64,000 nucleotides of DNA from Phoronis australis (Eukaryota; Animalia; Phoronida). This document shows, piece by piece, positions 39,924-53,248 of the stretch (positions are counted from its first letter, which is position 1; every line of letters begins with the position of its first letter). The notes under the pieces were generated by a model. That model saw nothing but the letters and a program-made list of their open reading frames with translations, had not been told where the DNA came from and ran no database searches. The stretch spans positions 513,739-577,738 of the forward strand of contig NMRA01000201.1 of the NCBI GenBank assembly GCA_002633005.1, given 5' to 3'. Made by a program: the position numbers and the translations under genes.

Positions 39924-41518
39924 GAAGTACTTTAGCGCCAGCTGGATGGGATTCCAAGATCCCCAGTCTGGTATCCACAGATTTGACTGGTGTATTGGCA
40001 CATCTGTTGGACTATGTGATGTACAGTCCTTCCTCAATGTCCATAATGCCCACGAACAAGTTCGATTTGATATGAATCTCCCCCTCGACAAACTTATATT
40101 TGTCACAGTGCGTGCTTGGAATAAGGCGTCATTGAGCGTAACGAAGACATCTGATCCAGTAATTGTAGACAATACGCCTCCGATTGTTGCTGTCAGTCCT
40201 GTTTTCAAAAAAGGAAATTTAATGTCTCTGTATGACAACACTCAGTTTGAAACAAATGCGTTACACTTGGAATGGAAGTTCTCCGATACGAACAGTCCTC
40301 TTACCCGCCACATCATCAGCGTGACATCCCACCATAATGGATTCTGCCCAGTTGAAAACCTAGAACTAGGTGACGAAAACTCACTAAGTATCAGTCTAAG
40401 CCAAGAGCACACCCTCGCTGATGGAGACAGATATTATGCTGCAGTTACCTCTTGCAACGACGCTGGCCTTTGCGTTTCATCAAAGTCATCCGCCAACGTT
40501 TTAATAGATTCCAGTGGTCCGCACTTGGGCCAGTTCTTGCAGTCCTATTGGTCCGAAGAAGGTGGCAAAATAAAACTTCGAATAATATGGTCAGGATTTG
40601 TTGATCCCCACTCTGGAATAAAAAGATACGAGGTCTACGTCGGCTCTAGTTACAGCTCGTTTGATTTAACGGGTGGAGTTGTCAAAGTAGATTACAATCC
40701 TCAAGCTGGAACAACCACACAAGAGACAGATTTAATATTAGACAAGAAGCCAGCCATTGGTTCCAGTATTTACATATCCATGGTGGCGGAAAACAACGTT
40801 GGCTTGAAGAGTAAAATCTTAAAGATTCTTGCAACACTTGTTTCCACTGTTTCTTCTAACCCACCGAAAGGAATGTTGGTCGTCAAGAAATACTCCTGCG
40901 ATGTGCCATACTGCAACAACGACTGCGTGTGTGCACCAGTTGGACAAAAGTGTAGCAAATTTGACTCTTCAAGCTGCACCCTACTTCCAAATCCACCGTC
41001 ATCTGTTACTGTCTCCATTGGATTTACAACTCCTGTGAAATCAGCTGTGAATCAGCGATGTGTTGCTGCGTATTGGACGGCTGCAAAACCAGAATCCGTG
41101 ATACGTTACCAGTACTCACTCGGTGTCTCGGGGGCTGAACCAGGATATGGTGTTTTCAACCTAGCGAGTGAAACAGTGTGGCATAACGTTGACTTATCGA
41201 CAAAAGCAGTTTTTTGTCTGCCACAGGACAAATTCTTCCAGCCATATCCACCACAGAAGTATGTATTTTACGTTAGGGCGTGGTACACCAGCACAACGCT
41301 AGCTCAATTCCAATCCAACGAGCTGACCATCGATACAAGTGCTCCAGTGCAAGGCTTAGGCCAATACGTTCTTGACTGTAACCTTGCCACGCAATGTACT
41401 GAAGATATCGAGTTTTCAACTGACACCCAGAAAATTGAAACCACTTGGAAAAACGTATTTACCGATGTTGGCAGTGGCATTAGCGAGTATGCTGTTATGG
41501 TAGGGGTATTCCCAGGAG
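39924..41518 (+). CDS. Exon 18: FN3-like repeats plus a Cys-rich insert
   Basis: ttcacag acceptor and G|GTAAGC donor; in frame with ORF 39736..41610. Confidence 0.9.
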
Positions 41519-42351
41519 GTAAGCTGCCGTTCTATTTCGTAGACAGTCTCAAAGTATGTTTAATCAGGGTCGTTTTTGAACAGGCTGACTTCTACTTTCA
41601 TGTAAAGTAATTCTCGTTCGTTCATTAACGGAATGTTTTCACTTGATAATGTACTAGGAGGAGGAAATTGGGAAAGATGGCAATTCATGACAGGGAGACG
41701 GGGTTAGACCCGTGGTGACGTAACCAGGTGGTTTCATACACTCATCCTTGTCACACTACGGCTTGATAGTTGTAATGGCGTACTTCATTTCATTGCTGAA
41801 TACAACAGAAGCAAATGCAACTTGCGATCGTAAACATTCTTTAGTTTGTCATTAGAACAATAAAGACGGAATGTCTCCAACGAACTGTAAGTTTTTCCAA
41901 AAACAAGGCGTTGTCTGTAATGGCGTAATTAGAGCCGGGACAACGGGGTTATGTTATGATGGCGTGTAAAAAGTGATAAATTTTGGATGACGTAATATGT
42001 GAAAGTTCACTCATGAAAGACGTAGTTCCTGAAATAACTGTTCACCACTCGTTAGCAATTTTGTTATCAAAATTCATTGTGAATGCAAAATTTAGAACAG
42101 GTTGAAGTTGATAAGTTCTCCACGATACATAAGTTGATAACGTTGTCCGTTTTACACGATGTTGCGCTTGGTCGAGTGCCAAAGCTAATTTTCTATGTGG
42201 GCTTCGACGGAACGAATTTGCGAAACAAAATATTCTGCTCGTCACCAAATTTTCCTTACAATCTCAAAAAGTACAGTCGCCGATAAGAACGTCTCTTACT
42301 GGGATGCCGCGTTTTACCTACACTATACTCTTATCACCTAATTACTTTCAG

Positions 42352-43587
42352 ATGACTCAGTGAAATCAAAGTTTTCAACGACCTCGTTATCATATAGTGG
42401 AAGCGGTCTCACCCTTGCTAACGGAGTCACCTATTACACAACTGTAAAGGCCGTCAACAGCGTTGGTCTTACCACGACCGTTTCATCAGATGGAGTAACG
42501 GTAGACAACGTGCCACCTGTAGCAGGGATAGTTTACAACACTAAGAGCTTCCACAGCATTTCTGCTACCGCAAGCCCTTGTATTGGTGCTTCGTGGCATG
42601 GTTTTGACGATATCCACTCACATATCAGGGAATATATTGTGAGCGTTGTTGACAGTAAAACCGGTAGTGATGTCTTGGTCAACAAGCAATCTGTCGACAT
42701 CAAGGATTCCGTAGAATTCTGCAACCTTAATTTAAAGCAAAACACTGCGTACGTATTTGTCGTTCATGCTAAAGATGCAGCCGGCACTTCCTCCGCAAAT
42801 GCATCTTCGGACCCTATTCTTGTTGACACGACTCAGCCTATGGGATTCCGCTGCACAAAATGGGTGCGCAGCTCCCTTACTCCTGAGTCCACGTCATTGT
42901 CGAATGAAGTGAAGAGCATTGTGTACAAGGCGGATATAGAAGCAAACAAACTTTACAAACTTGTCTTTGAAAGCTCTAGTGATGTGCTTAAAGCCTCTCT
43001 TGATTTCCTCGGTGTACATCATAAGTTGAGTTTCATGAATCTTGCGGACGGTGGTTATTTGGCAACTTATAGTTATACCGCAAGTGCAACTGAGTCAAGT
43101 GAGTTGACAGTGAATTTAGCGGCCTCATCAGGAAATATCACCGTGTCCCTGGATGTGTGCGATGTCGAGACGACCACAGAAGCCAGTTCAGTCGTTGTCC
43201 TGAAACAGTTAGGACCCATAGAACTATTGATTTCATTCTACGTTAAAGACCACGAGAGTGGAATACGACAGCATCTGGCAGGTATTGGAACAACCGTGGG
43301 TGGATTTCAAGTTGCAAAGCTGCATAGCCTAGGCCAGCAAGAACACATGACATACGACATGAACTTACCCCATGGTACTCCAGTGTTTGCCACTGTGATA
43401 TCTGAGAATAACGCAGGGTCCAGGAAGTATTTTGGCTCAAAGAAGCTCGTGGTTGATCACACACCACCGACGATTTCCGAACTGAAGTTGGTAGTAAACC
43501 TTGTCGGAGGATCTAGCTATAGACTGACGACAACGTGGAAAGCGACCGACCCAGAAAGTGGAACTAACAGGTGCAATGTTCAGATAG
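42352..43587 (+). CDS. Exon 19: FN3-like repeats with a Cys-bracketed insert
   Basis: ctttcag acceptor and G|GTAAGA donor; in frame with ORF 42360..43640. Confidence 0.9.
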
Positions 43588-43888
43588 GTAAGATATACGT
43601 TTTGTCTGTTGGTGTTGCTTTCTCGGTATCGTGGTATTAACGATTTTGGTGTCTTGTTATACATGGCACATTAGAATGTGTGAGATGAGAGCGAGCTCGC
43701 GCTTAGTGAGAACTCATTAAACTCACCTAAACGCATCTTAGTGTTTGTGTCATCTCCGTCTGCTATGTGCAGAAAACTAGTGTGCTGATATCCAATGCGT
43801 GTTTTAAAGTTCTCCTATAAGGCGAAAATGATGTAATGTTTTAAAGGGGCCAGCATGTTGGTTGAACAGTTGTTTTTTAACTTTTCAG

Positions 43889-44419
43889 GCGATGCGCCCC
43901 ACACAAGCAGTGTCCAGTCTGCGGTCACTGTGATCCCATCTTCTCCTGGAGTGTATTCATCGACTGGGACAAAAACGCTTTCGCATGGCCAGAAACTTTA
44001 CGCGACAGCATGGTGTTCCAATCATGCTGAGTTGTCGACAACTTCAGTCTCTCAACCCGCAACCGCTATCCACCAGGGACCTTCTGCCTCTAGTGCTAGC
44101 GTTCGCTTCTTGATTCCCCAAACTATTTACCAGAGAAAAACCGAAACCATTGTCAATGCAAACTATCTTCATGTCGCGTGGAGGGGTTTTCGAGACATTT
44201 CGAGCAGCCTGACCTACAAAGTTCGTATTTTAAAGGGAAACGCAGAATTCCAATCGTGGGTAGATGTTGGTCCTCGAACTGATTTCCGTTTTTCCAATCT
44301 CTCACTCACAGAGAACGTGTGCTACAAAGCCAACGTGCAAGCCTATAATCTCGAAGATTTGTCGAGCACAGTCGTGACCAGTGAAGCTTGCGTTGACAGC
44401 ACTGCTCCAGGATTGACCG
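43889..44419 (+). CDS. Exon 20: FN3-like repeats
   Basis: ttttcag acceptor and G|GTAAGT donor; in frame with ORF 43855..44427. Confidence 0.88.
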
Positions 44420-46012
44420 GTAAGTAAATATTTCAGAACCAAAAAACAAGTGCGATGGTTTTAATATTCTCGTGGTGTTTTTTTTCTCAAAGCCTACTAA
44501 AATATGCTTAAAATGTTTCTTTGAAGGATGATTTAACAAATATCAAGTTCCGAAATCAATAGGTCTACAAAAATAGTTACATGTATACAACAACAACAAC
44601 AACAACAGTTTAGTTGTTCGAAATTCAGCACCTTGTAATGACAGGTTTGGGCTTGAACTACCAACACACACGTAGAGATGTTGATCAACATTGGGTCATA
44701 AGTTAACTTGTGGATTGCAGAAACTTGACGATCCATCATGAAAATATCTCTGTTAAAATCTCCTGGCTACATTCATGTCATTGATGACAGATTGGTGATA
44801 GTATGAATCAACGATGTAGACATTTCACTCAACTCAATCATCTTTCGACAAAATGGGCAGTCTTAAAGATTGATGTCATATAGTTGGTTACTTAGCACGC
44901 TAGAACAATGTTGGCTAACTTCAATATATCTCATAAATGACGGATTCACATTAAACTTTTAGATACAATGCTTTGTGCTCTGTTCTCCAAAACAGCGCCA
45001 GGAATTGTTTTTGAAATGGTTCACTTTTGCACGAAGGGCTATAAAACAAAGGTGTTCGTAGCCATCTTGTCTTTTGACTTGGTTGTACGAACTTGACTAT
45101 TTGCATCGTTCAATGATAACGTGCATTATTTTAACTCAAACTCAATAAATAGTACTATCAAATATAATTCCTCAAAGAAAAGGAATGATTTGTTGTACTC
45201 CAGTAAAACGAAAGATTTCAAAAATATTCGACCGCAGACGCGCCGCCTACCGGTGATACAGAATCATGTGCGGAAAGTGCGTCTGTGGTGAAAGGCCTTC
45301 TTTTGTTAAACCTATTTTATCGTAATGCTTGAAGAGCCGAAGCATAACAGCGAGACCGTTGACGGAGTCTGAACGAATGCCAGTTTGCATCAATGAAGCA
45401 CTTGAATAGTTTTGAAGCATACAAGTATTCGCATGCTCGTCTAATAAACGTTGATCGCTTGATTAATTAACAAAACATAGACATGGCGAAAAACTTAGGT
45501 AGACCATTCGATTTCCTAGAAGACAGTAGCATTTTACAAGACATGATTGAAAAAAATCAGTCGCTGAATCTTCAATCCATCTCGGAGGTTTTTACTCACC
45601 CAATTACGTCCACGGAAAAACAGACAAAACTCAACTTTTTTTAGCTAAAAGTTAAAAACAAATGACGGCAATTTGAAGCTTGTTTAAGACATGATGAAAT
45701 TGCATTTAATTGTTCCATGTTCCCATAATATTTCATTTTGCCTGGTGCAGTCACAAACAATGAGAAATTGCGTAGGCGTTGGAATTGCCAATGTTCGATA
45801 TACATACACGCAAAACTTCTCATCGTCTTAACATAAAGCTTTGCAGGTTCCCCTTGTGCATGTACTTGGGTCCTCGTGATGGCAATTAGTTATATTTTGT
45901 CACAGTTTAAAGTGAGTGCGACAGGCCACAATTCCTAGGTTTGTTTATGAATTACGTCACACCTACGCACATATTTCTTGTATAAGTGTCAACTATTTGT
46001 ATGTATTTTTAG

Positions 46013-46287
46013 GCCAACAACCCCAAATTAGTCGCACCGGAAGTGATTTGAAGATCAACTGGTATCCTACTTTTGTGCACGACGTCACTCTGTGGTACGT
46101 AGTATGCATAGGTTTCTCGGAAGGTGCCTGTGACGTACTTCAGCCGCTAGAAACGACGCAGTCTTACGTAACACTGAATACCAACGAAAGGGGACTGTCT
46201 CCTGGGAAAGAAATCTTCGGTGTCATTACAGCAGTGAAACCCTCAGGCATTTTCAAACTCACTAAGTTTTCTACAACGCTGCAGTAG
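46013..46287 (+). CDS. Exon 21: last FN3-like repeat and stop codon
   Basis: tttttag acceptor; ends ...KFSTTLQ*; no long hydrophobic transmembrane or GPI tail. Confidence 0.85.
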
Positions 46288-46369
46288 AATATCGCTAGTG
46301 TTGTCATGTGTATCAGCATAATCTCTTGGTAGTAGATGATGCAAATATACATTGTACGTCAATCACCCA

Positions 46370-46510
46370 ATCCTTCCTATCTCTTTCTTTATCTCTCTTC
46401 ATCCCTACTCCCATGCTCTTCCAAGCCCCCTCCCCTCCCAACCTTCATTCCTACCACCCTCCTCTCTCCCCTTCTTCTTCTTTCTCTCTGGCTCCCTCTC
46501 CGTCTTTACC
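46370..46510. repeat. Polypyrimidine (CT-rich) low-complexity tract in the 3' UTR region
   Basis: Seen directly. Confidence 0.85.
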
Positions 46511-46533
46511 TCAATCCATATATCTAACCTGAT

Positions 46534-46539
46534 ATTAAA
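46534..46539 (+). promoter_or_regulatory. Possible poly(A) signal ATTAAA
   Basis: Variant hexamer about 250 nt after the stop codon, just before the MITE. Confidence 0.25.
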
Positions 46540-46611
46540 TTTCTCTTTGTACAAGTATGTACGCATCTTAATATATGGGTAAATACACGTGCTTCAAGCA
46601 GAAAGCAATAT

Positions 46612-47716
46612 GTGACCCACCACCACAAAATGAGTCTTAAGTCGGGATTTGTCATTTTTTAATTGTTATTTTTTTCTGAAAACGCAGTGTTTTCTGATCA
46701 TTTTGAGGTATGAAACATGTCCTTATCTTCACAAATGACCGAGTTATTGCCAATTCTATTCGGGGAAAGCGAAAATTTAGAGCATTCAAAAGTCAAGGAA
46801 AATGGCCGACGAAAAGTGCCGACAGTGTCTTTAAAATTTCCATAACAACCTGCAGTTGAATGCTACATTTCAGACTTATTAGTATGCACAACAACATAAA
46901 CAAATAAAAGTAATAAAAATTAGAAAAAATATAGACCTTATCATGTAATCTCAGCCAAAAANNNNNNNNNNNNNNNNNNNNNNNNNNNNNNNNNNNNNNN
47001 NNNNNNNNNNNNNNNNNNNNNNNNNNNNNNGCTGTCACGAAATTCCTCCTTGTCTCAATCAACAAATGTGCTCTGTTGAGTTCAGTTAATTCTCGCTGAT
47101 CTTGATACGGCAGTCAGAGGCAAGAGTTAATCATTGAGATATCAGCTACACAGCGACCAGCCATCTTACTGTCTTGAAAACATGCCGTGACCTAGCTCGC
47201 GACCTCACGGTTTCACGCCCACTTAACTAGTTCTAGCGAATGAGGTCAGCGATGCATTGGGTTAAAAGGTCGTTACTAGCTAAAAGACTGGTGAGTGACA
47301 CTTCTGTTGAAAATACCCCGAATGCAAAAAGTGAAATAACGACTTATGATTGGACGAAAAACTCAAAGAGATTACTACATGCATAATGAGCAGAGTTTGA
47401 CCTTTCTGTTGATGTGTTTATGAGCGAAATTGGGTCATCGGAAGACTGATCAATGAGGACACGAAAACCGGCAAATTTCGATGAAAATTTCACGAGATAT
47501 GCAGTCGTGGAGAAGGTGATGTTTTTCAAAATGAAATAAATAAGGTTTAAAATGAAGTTTGATCGGTTTAAAGTATTGTTTTGTGGTGTAGAATGAATAA
47601 ATAATCATAATCTGCAATAAAAAAATTTGACCTAATTTTAACCGATAGCGACTGTTTGCAGTCTTGTCAGGAAATTGAGTTTCCGACTTAAGACTCATTT
47701 TGTCGTGGTGGGTCAC
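46612..47716. mobile_element. Sola1-like MITE
   Basis: 34-bp TIR GTGACCCACCAC(C/G)ACAAAATGAGTCTTAAGTCGG with one mismatch; ATAT 4-bp TSD (46608-46611 and 47717-47720), matching the AWWT target of Sola1. Contains an N gap; no ORF. Confidence 0.7.
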
Positions 47717-50700
47717 ATATTCTTCCTTGAATTTCAATCACAACCGAACAGACAACTCCTGATACACAAAGTGCATGGTGCGCTGATACGGTAGGCCAAT
47801 TGATAATTTAAGAGCGTTGGCTGTGTAATAGCTATAGTTTGTGTAATAACATTTCTCACATGACATGGTATGCGTTATAACACTACTGGTTAATAACATC
47901 GAGTACGTATTGTAAATGGGCAAATCACAAAGTAGTGCAAAACTGAATTTCACGCGCTTTGCATTTTATCGTCTGCAAAATACAAAACGCGCGTCAAACA
48001 AGCAACGCTGGAATTCCGTGAAGGTGACAAGATTATGACTGACAAATCGGATGTCCCTATTGTACGTACTAATAGTCGGGAGAACATTCAAACTTCTTCA
48101 ACGGACCCGCGTCTTCGGCAGCCAATTCCATATCCTCGTTCATTCAAACGGGAGACAAACTCCAGCTCAAGAAACCCGGTGAGACTGTCTAGCTGTGCTG
48201 TCTCAATGTCATTTCAGTGCTCACGCGCCGGGAAGCCTTGCTGACTGTTATTTATAAACATTTTTAAGTTTTAGTATTACAAAATAAAAGACTATTAAAT
48301 TCTAACTTGAATATTTGTTACGAAAGCTAAATTTAATTTAAAACTATTAACAAAAACTAACTGAGTTTACTTTACATTGTGCAAACATGTTTTTACAAAA
48401 TTTGCGTCATGCGGTTCAAAGTTATAGACACGTCGAGTTTTTCGGCCAAAAATATCGTTTTTACGGAAAATATTGTTTGCGAGATACCTCAAAAAGTATA
48501 CGTGGGTGACAAAATGCAGGATTGAAATCATGAGACTGCCAGGCATTCACTTGCACTTGCCGCAAAATGTCTCTTCTTATAGAACGGAAACTATGAATTC
48601 AATCTCACAATTCAACTATCCAACCATACCGACTAATCACTTCAGTGGCCGCCATGTTGCTTGAAATCGCCGTTGCTTTCTTTCTATTAAACGTCAAAGG
48701 TCACATTTTCCCAACTAGGGAAATGTGCCTTGTCTACGTCTTGCCGTAACAAATAATAATGTGGACAAAATCGACGAATTTGAAAACAATGTAAAAGTCG
48801 TTTTTAAACTTGAAATTCGACCAAACTGTGGGTGAAAAGTTTGACCAATGTTTTACTGGCAGAGAAGCACTTATAATGAATGATGCGATTTAGTCTTTAC
48901 AGGTTCTACGTGACCTTAGAGTAACGCAGTTGTAATTACCTACATGAACTGGCGCCCGTTTCATGAAAACAAACTTAAGATTTAAGACCAAACGTTTACA
49001 AGACAAAATGTTTTTCCCCCCTCCCCCTTATGATATTCTAGATCCGCCGCATTAATCGCCCAGAGTCTATTTGTGGTCACCATGAGTCTGCAATCCTTCA
49101 AGCGTATCTGCGTTCATAAATGATTGCAGCGCAGTGAATTAATTATCGGGTTGTTCTATTCGGAAAATTTACTTTCACCTGGGAACACAACTCAGTCACT
49201 TGCCGGTACACTGTATTCGTGTAAAACCAACATAGGTGTAATTTTGTAAACTCAAAGGCAGAATTCCTGCGACTCAACTTTCATCACCAGGTGAAAATAA
49301 GATAACATATTACACATGGAGATGAAATCTTTAGTCACACTCAGACTCGCCAAAATTTCGCCGTCTCTCAAGTGCAGTTTTAATCTAATATTTTCAACTC
49401 TGCACCCAGTGAAGACCGACTAACCCTTTTAAAGCTCGGTACAAACCCCTGGTTGATTTGCGCGAGCACATGCATACTTTATAGCAGTCTGTGGTTGGTT
49501 ATACTCTACTGAATAAACCAAAGCCTTTGCCATAGGAAAATGGTATTCAAATGGCAATCAAGATTTTGACTTTTTCATAATGAAATTCTTTTCCAGCAAT
49601 GTCCACGTTTCTACAACTCCCCAGATCTTTTTCTGGTAGTCGTATCAGGTACATGTAAATATGTGTAAACCGTGGTAATAATCCGTCTATAAACACAGAA
49701 AGGTGTAAATGCTTGATTTTATTCGTGACAGAGTAACACTTATTCATGAACGTTGCTACACTATTTAGGTCGTATTCTTTATGTTGCAATTTTTAGTACT
49801 GTTCTGGGGTTATGAACAATTGTTTTTTTTTTTGTATTTGGATTACCCTACCAGTCCTAATCTGGTTTTAGCGATGCTAGAAATCAGATTCCGGTTTGAA
49901 TTCTCCGATCTAATAGCTTGCCTTCCTGGTACGGTAACTACTTGTACAAGCAGATGTTGATACTTCGATCCCCTGGTCAATTAATAAATAAATACCCTCT
50001 GCAGCACTCAAATGCACGAATGAAAAGCAATTGACCAAAGCTAAGTCGTGAAATCCAGACTGAACCTTGCCAAACAACTATGTTTTGTTAGACAAGCGAC
50101 AAACGCAAGTGATCCAAAACGAACGTAGCTTTTGTGTCTCTCGCAACAACAGTGCGTGTATGTTCCGGTTGGTAACCATGATATGCAGTTTTCGTGGGAA
50201 ATTGTCCATTACTCAGTATTGCATCATGAGGTCTAGATATTAATCTGTTGAATTACGCCAAACAACTGTTGCGATAAAAGAAATCTTTTTGCAGACGGAA
50301 TAGCAACTGATCCGACGGCACGCAAAAGATGTATTTCTAAGGTGTTTAGATGATCCCAGAAAGCAGAAGCCGAGTAACGATAAACTTTTTGTATTTCGGG
50401 GGAGGCTGCGTTTCAGAAAAACGTCACAGTTCTAAAAAGCAAGGTTAATGCTGTTTTTGTGGCGATTACACCCATAGGGTGATTCTTCACGGGCCATTGT
50501 ACAATTAGAACGTGAAACTATATTCAGTTGCGACTCGTCCTCATTATGCCATAGAGAGTAGTGTGATTCGACGTAGACACCTGACTATCGCCACGGCCGT
50601 TGAATCTCTCGGAAAAGCGTTGAACCCGCTTATTGATGTAGTACATAGGCCGTTTCAGCCTGTTCAGGGTTGAGAAGGGTTGTGGGGCATTATTTTATTT

Positions 50701-52112
50701 CGAAGACTTTAAAAAATGATTCGACATTTTAAGGGGGCCATGTCTGAAATATATGTAACATTTTGCGAGTCTTCAAAACAAATTAACACACGCCTTCCCT
50801 ATTTTGTCCATTAACTCCTGGACTACTCTGTCAGTACAAATTAAGAGACAGTAATAAGTTTTGACGAAGATGCCACCGAGATTTTACCATCAGGGTTCGA
50901 TCACAGTCTACCACCTCCTGCCAGTTTGGTGAAGATTGCTTGGACTGTCAATTGCATAATTCGTCCCGACAAATTAACTGCCGATCCCCTAATTATACGA
51001 CCGAGACTTCCTTAAACGTACATAACCTGTGTTCTAATTTAAGACTTCCGAATTCAAACAGTCAAAAAGTACTCAACTTGGCGGCCACAGTCGCCAGATA
51101 CGTAAAGGGGGTAATACAAAATCCCCTATGTCCCGAACCCCGTACATCCGACACAGTTGAAATTTATTTTCGTTGCCACCATTCTTTCCTCTTCTGGTCG
51201 ATGATGTCCTTTCCCTTCTGACCGTCGCTTCACGTAAACTCCTGTGAGGCTGGGATGGCATCCTTAATGCGCTGGTGGGACCGTGTGGCTACCAGATTCA
51301 TAAAAAGATGCCAAAAACGTGAATACGAATAGGATGCGAAAATACATATATATGTCGCACACCCGTACGAACAGGATGACATTCTCCTAACTAGAAATGG
51401 TCTCAAAGTACGCTGGTCAATAAAACTTTGTAGGGGATTTTCAAATTTGTATTTCCGAAGCCGAGCTGAAGTTAAGACTTTAGTGGATAATGATAGAGTG
51501 AGTCAGCATAAATAACGAGCAAACACATTTTTTCTCCGATACGGTCGAGTGTAATACGGCCATGTAATAATGTTTTCCGTATTCACCTCCAGCACTACTT
51601 CATCACTGACCTCTGACAAGGAAAGTTCAAAACGTAGGTCAATGTCGATTCGACGTCGTTAGCCAGTTCGATCATCAAACTTTCTGAAAAAAGTTTAAAG
51701 TAAAATTGCAGCAGTGTAAATAACACTCAACAGTCAATCAGGTCCCAATCGTAACATCTGGAACAGGACTGTTAATTATATGACTGTACTGTCTCAGTTT
51801 TTAATTGCTAAATATCATATCGTCTGCAACTCAGGCGCCGATTCCTCGTTAACTACCGTGCCAAATATTTTTGTTTAACTATTTTCAGATGTTACAAGTT
51901 CAGTGCACACTTACCGTTGTTTTTACGTTTGTTATCTCTTTTCAAATAATAAATCGTTACATTTAGAACGGTTTCTTTTACTAGAGAAATCATAAACTAA
52001 CTCGCAAGTACATGTACATGAAGGATGTGATCTGCCACGTGAACAGTCTGAGCGAAGTATTTAAGAATATGCCGAAAAAATGAAAGAAACTTAGGAATTC
52101 GAAGCGTATGGG

Positions 52113-52250
52113 ATAAATACTAAACGTACCTAGATTGGCGTAGATGAAGTAATATCCCACTCGACATTATTCCAAGTATTGATACGTGGAATAATGTCGA
52201 GTGGGATATTACTTCATGTATCCCTGTCTAGGCACGTTTTATGTATTTAT
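52113..52250. repeat. Long inverted repeat / hairpin
   Basis: Perfect 31-bp arms ATGAAGTAATATCCCACTCGACATTATTCCA (52144-52174 and 52187-52217), 12-nt loop, imperfect extension to about 60-bp arms. Confidence 0.9.
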
Positions 52251-52665
52251 TTTAAACTGGGTCAGCCTGACTGAAATGTGTCCATGTAGCTGTACCATGA
52301 AGACGTGAGGCCACGCGAGATATCTTCATGTATTACAAGTGAAGCACTTGATCACACCAGCTTCCTTCGCAAGATTATTGCGTCTGAGAAGATCAACTCA
52401 CTACATGTACACAAATAGTGTATTGGGTCTCTCAGAGGAGTTTCTTTAAAACACATCCGCGCTAACTTAAATCGAGTTCGTGACGCTGGTTTTATACGAT
52501 GAAAACTCTCATGAAAAAATGTTCAAACTGCAACAATTCCTTTGGATGGTTTGAAATCTTGAACTAAGCTCATTCACAAGTGGGCATTCTCTGTTCCAAT
52601 AGGAGCCACTAAGTTTCCGATAACTGAATCTTATCGTTGATGCATTGTCATTGAGTAAAGCTCAG

Positions 52666-53248
52666 TATTAGTGTGGGCGATAGAATAACGCGTCACCTTC
52701 GTTTAAAACGTTTTATTCTTGAAGAGACGGTTATCTGCAAACGATAAATACAGTTTGTCAAACAACGGAACTAAACAATGTTCTCAAAACGTTACCCAAT
52801 AGTCAATACGGCTAACACACGGGACTCGAACCCGCATAAGACAAAACCATCACAAAGCAGCTGTTACAGTTCAACAATTAAGCACTAGTCGTACAATGTC
52901 CAAAAGACCTACATGAATAGACGAAACGTAAAGCCTTAACATAATTACATGTACTTACTGGAGTTTTCCGCGTGGCCCAGCTAATAATCTCTCTACAGTG
53001 CATCACAACATGTTGAGACCAATATTCGAAATGAGCGCTGTAAATGACTGCTGAGGCTAAAATCCATCAAAACTGCACTGTGATTGGTTATGTTACAATG
53101 GTAGCATCTATTTAGCCAATAAACAATTACCTAGGAGCGGGGGTAGGCAGCAATTACAATGCACTCTGGAAACGCCCTAAGGTGTACATACAACGCCTCT
53201 AGTGGACATAAAGATCCTAAACACACGACTAATGCTCCTGCATTAACA
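52666..53248 (-). repeat. 3' LTR of the BEL/Pao element
   Basis: Minus strand TGTTAATG...CACTAATA with AATAAA near its end; roughly 95% identical by eye to 56990-57568. Confidence 0.9.

Larger units (their letters stand above)
3779..46287 (+). other. Whole-gene span: 21-coding-exon gene for a ~3,426-aa secreted EMI-EGF-WSC-FN3-like repeat protein (paralog 1)
   Basis: All 20 introns are GT-AG with matching phases; the joined CDS is 10,281 nt from ATG 3779 to TAG 46285-46287. The large exons coincide with ORF-track entries 28485, 30631, 32217, 35265, 39736, 42360, 43855 and 45916. Confidence 0.85.

Noticed and set aside
28485-44427. Long ORFs read as a bacterial-style operon of separate genes, or as contamination
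   Set aside because: Each ORF is trimmed by canonical splice sites whose phases join into one CDS; the ORF-track starts and stops lie in introns or are non-ATG internal codons.
47740-52100. Short ORFs in the spacer between the two paralogs
   Set aside because: No recognisable domains, splice-consistent exon chains or termini; left unannotated.
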